NCBI GenBank assembly: GCA_947169745.1
Contig: CAMVQZ010000002.1
Span: forward strand, 2,208 to 66,207
Direction: 5' to 3'
From: an uncultured Clostridia bacterium
Lineage (GTDB): Bacteria; Bacillota; Clostridia; Oscillospirales; Acutalibacteraceae
DNA: 64,000 bases
Shown here in pieces: positions 61,113-64,000 of the stretch; the stretch's first letter is position 1; every line of letters starts with the position of its first letter. The translations under genes and the position numbers were made by a program. The notes under the pieces were generated by a model that did no database searches, had not been told where the DNA came from, and saw only the letters and a program-made list of their open reading frames with translations.

Positions 61113-64000
61113 TTATTCCATATTCTCTTCGAAATTTTCAACCTGTTCCATAACTTTACGGAACACTTCGGGACTATACTGCGGAGGATAGCCATTTTTG
61201 ACCAAACAAATTTTAATATCAAACTTGAGCTGGTCACGGACAATTTGGTTATTTAGCCAATCTGCAAATGAGGATTTTGTATCAATAATCTCTTTAATCT
61301 TTATGGCGAGATTCTTGCACTTTTCATTTACAACAACGCCGTTTATTTTCTTATCTTCTCCGTATTCAAAATTATAGCTGTCACGTAAAGCCATCAAGAT
61401 ATCATAGAATGCCTTTTCCTCAAAAGTAAGTCCGACATTGCGGAAGCTGTCTCGGTCGGTTTTCATATCTTTGAGAATCTGCAAAGCCTGTTCGGTTGCT
61501 TCCCTGATAATCTCCTCTGATGCTTCTTCCTGCGCTTCGCCTGCTTCATCTGCGGTGAGATGCTTACGGCGTTCGTGATACTGCTCAATGGTTTTCTCCA
61601 ACATCTCTTGGAATTTCTTTGCTGCCATTTGATTCGTTTTGCCGTATTCCGTGATTTGTTTACGAAGCATCTTAATTAGCAGTTCAAGCTTGGACGCAGG
61701 CATTTTTACGTTTGTAAGAGATTCATAGTATTCCGGGCTGAAAATATCTTCCTGATCGCCTTCTTCAAGGACACTTTCAACTTTATTATACTTCAACGCT
61801 TCCTCAACCATTTTTGACACACGGCGATTCATTGTTTCTGTATCAAGTTCGGTTGTACCGCCCATCTTTCTAACAAATCCTGCAATAGCCATAAAGCACT
61901 GTGCCAAAGCGGATTCTTCATCGCTTAATTCACCGGACGGCTGACAAATATCATAAGCAGAACGCATCCGTCTGACAGTTTTTAAGAAGTATGTTTTGAA
62001 GGATACTTTTTTAACTTCTTTTCCGCCTTTTGCTTCTGTGTTCAGCTCTTGCGTAGAAATAAAAACGTACTCGGCAGCTTTTGCCAATAATCTGTATCGT
62101 TCAGCAGGATCACCTTTTGGATCTAAAAACGGGCTCAAGTCATATCCGACAAACAGATCTTCGAGAATCGACATCTCTTCTCTGAAAATATCCGTAGCCT
62201 GATTAACGTCGTCCACCGAAGGCGCAACCGAATGATTGCCGCCGTACATCTTTACGGCTTCACGCATATTGTCACGAATGCCGATATAGTCAATAATAAT
62301 ACCAAAGTCTTTACCGGGATACTTGCGATTTACGCGGCTGATAGTTTGAATTAAAAGTTGTTTTTGCAAGGGCTTGTCATTGTACATATATGTAAGCGAC
62401 GGAACATCAAAACCCGTAATCCACATATCAACAACGATAACTATACGGAAGTTAGATTTGTCCTGCTTAAAGGCAGCGTCTAATTTTTCAGAACGTTTAG
62501 CGTTCTTTACACCGCCCAAATAATCATACATTTCTTGTTCGTCGTTCTTGCCGACGCTGGCGACCATTGCCATACAGGGCATCTCTTTCAATTCACGGAG
62601 TTCCTCTGCGGTTGCCGTGACTCCGTCGGGCGTCTTTTTCTCAATAAACCATTCGGGATATTTGTCTTGGAATATTTTCAGCAATTTATATGCAATCGGT
62701 CTGCTGGAGCAAACCACCATTGCTTTTTGAACTCTGTCGGGATCATTCGCACAGGCTGCAACATAGTGGTCGTGAATATCCACCGCAAGGCGTTCCAAGC
62801 GTTCCGGCTCATCAAGAATTTTTTCCATAGAGGACATTGCTTTTTTACTTGCTTCAATATCCTCTTTTGTTGCGCCTGAATCAGCGCATTTTTTATAGTA
62901 TTCCTCAATCAGCCGCACTTGCTTTTCATCCAAAAGCACCTTTGCTATACGCGGATGGTATTTGATAGATACAGTTAATCCGTCGGCGACAGCCTGATCC
63001 ATTGTGTAACGGTCAATTTCATCACCGAAGGTCTGATAGGTTTCTGCTATCGGCGTACCTGTAAAGCCGACAAAGGTAGCGCACGGGAAGGCTTCACGCA
63101 ATACTTTTGCATACGGCTTTGATACCATTGCCTTCATATTGTCATCGGCATCCTTGCTGAACTGAATCTTCTTAGAATGTTCGAGCTGGGTTCTGTGTGC
63201 TTCGTCAGAGAAACAAATAATATTGTTACGGTCATTGATCAAACCGATTTTGTCATCTTCTCTGTCACAGAATTTTTGAATTGTGCAGATATAAAATCCT
63301 CCGCTCTGACGAGTGCCAAGCTCTTGCCTTAAATCTTTTCGGGTAGAGACGACCTTAACTTCGCCGAGGTTCAGGAACTCTTCACTCTTGGTGAAAAGCT
63401 TTGCTCCTTGTTTTTGCAGCTCCTCACGGTCAACGATCATAACAATAGTGGGAGAACCGATTTCGGGTACAGCCGTGCAGCGCAATGCTAACTGACGTGA
63501 TAAAAACGCCATTGTATAGGTCTTGCCGCAACCGGTTGCGCCGAAATATGTACCGCCTTTTCCGCTTTTCTCTTTAACTGATTTTATAATACTCTGCTTT
63601 AATAAGCGTGCGGCGAAAAACTGCGGATAACGGCATACGATCTCACGTTCATCGCTGTCGTACTTGCTGTCTTGAAAATAGATATAATCACGGAATATTT
63701 CAAGGAATCTTTCAGGGCTGTAAACACCCTTAATCATAGACTGCACTTCGTCAAAAGGCAGTGAAGAAACCTTATCGCCGTCATTCACACGACGCCAGGC
63801 ATAAAAGTGCTCATACGGCGTGCGGACAGTGCCAAGTCTGGTGTTCACTCCATCCGAAATACAGGCTAACGGGCAAAAGTGCAGTAAATGCGGAATATCA
63901 CGCCAATAGCGATAATAAATCTGCTCCCACGCGTCATAGATTTTTGCGTGAGCGTCCGCAGGATTCTTTAATTCAATAATGCACAAGGGTATTCCGTTTA
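61113..64000 (-). CDS. hsdR: Type I restriction enzyme R subunit (HsdR); N-terminus runs off the window
   Basis: PD-(D/E)xK region ...NGIPLCIIELKNP (the ORF stays open to nt 64000). Helicase motif I GATGCGKT and motif II FSDEAHRT, further SF2 motifs, and a helical HsdR-type C-terminal domain. Confidence 0.9.
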   Translation of the reverse strand, partial: NGIPLCIIELKNPADAHAKIYDAWEQIYYRYWRDIPHLLHFCPLACISDGVNTRLGTVRTPYEHFYAWRRVNDGDKVSSLPFDEVQSMIKGVYSPERFLEIFRDYIYFQDSKYDSDEREIVCRYPQFFAARLLKQSIIKSVKEKSGKGGTYFGATGCGKTYTMAFLSRQLALRCTAVPEIGSPTIVMIVDREELQKQGAKLFTKSEEFLNLGEVKVVSTRKDLRQELGTRQSGGFYICTIQKFCDREDDKIGLINDRNNIICFSDEAHRTQLEHSKKIQFSKDADDNMKAMVSKPYAKVLREAFPCATFVGFTGTPIAETYQTFGDEIDRYTMDQAVADGLTVSIKYHPRIAKVLLDEKQVRLIEEYYKKCADSGATKEDIEASKKAMSSMEKILDEPERLERLAVDIHDHYVAACANDPDRVQKAMVVCSSRPIAYKLLKIFQDKYPEWFIEKKTPDGVTATAEELRELKEMPCMAMVASVGKNDEQEMYDYLGGVKNAKRSEKLDAAFKQDKSNFRIVIVVDMWITGFDVPSLTYMYNDKPLQKQLLIQTISRVNRKYPGKDFGIIIDYIGIRDNMREAVKMYGGNHSVAPSVDDVNQATDIFREEMSILEDLFVGYDLSPFLDPKGDPAERYRLLAKAAEYVFISTQELNTEAKGGKEVKKVSFKTYFLKTVRRMRSAYDICQPSGELSDEESALAQCFMAIAGFVRKMGGTTELDTETMNRRVSKMVEEALKYNKVESVLEEGDQEDIFSPEYYESLTNVKMPASKLELLIKMLRKQITEYGKTNQMAAKKFQEMLEKTIEQYHERRKHLTADEAGEAQEEASEEIIREATEQALQILKDMKTDRDSFRNVGLTFEEKAFYDILMALRDSYNFEYGEDKKINGVVVNEKCKNLAIKIKEIIDTKSSFADWLNNQIVRDQLKFDIKICLVKNGYPPQYSPEVFRKVMEQVENFEENME

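Noticed and set aside
61013-61243. 76-aa minus-strand ORF spanning the hsdR stop and the ORF-A start
   Set aside because: It overlaps both better-supported genes out of frame and has no RBS. It is probably spurious, although the 56-nt hsdR/ORF-A spacer could hold a weak internal promoter.
1-64000. Scan for tRNA, rRNA and other classic RNA genes in the longer intergenic gaps
   Set aside because: I found no GTTCGAATC-type T-arm or cloverleaf candidates and no rRNA-like stretches by eye. Absence cannot be proven without tRNAscan or Infernal.

Overview
This window looks like chromosomal DNA from a Firmicutes/Clostridia-like spore former, judged by spoVAE, a SpoVD-type PASTA PBP and a SigH-like sigma factor. 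Most of it is core genome. On the minus strand there is an elongasome block (PBP2, mreD, mreC, mreB), followed by dut, a U32 peptidase and zapA. Next come glgP, an acetyltransferase, a MarR regulator with a heterodimeric ABC exporter, trkH/trkA beside a divergent K+ channel, and the conserved phoH-ybeY-dgkA-era-yqzL-recO-mutS2 block. A minus-strand dcw cluster runs mraZ-rsmH-ftsL-PBP ... mraY-ftsW-murG-ftsQ-ftsZ, but it lacks murE/F/D/C and ftsA and carries a degenerate Mur-ligase fragment in the murE/F slot. Accessory content includes two Big_2 surface proteins with near-perfect in-frame tandem duplications. It also includes a four-gene cluster (three DUF3592-like membrane proteins plus a transglutaminase-like lipoprotein) just downstream of ftsZ. 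At the right edge is an AT-richer island that begins inside the 3' end of a tetR gene. That island holds a partial type I restriction hsdR followed by two translationally coupled genes (226 aa alpha/beta protein, 515 aa glycine-zipper membrane protein) that I cannot assign to any family. This pair is my best candidate for an undescribed, defence-like system. The non-coding regions contain two dispersed intergenic repeat families, one element bounded by terminal inverted repeats, a 113-bp hairpin inside the dcw operon, phased MraZ-type boxes at the mraZ promoter, and several operator-like motifs. I saw no rRNA, tRNA or CRISPR array.
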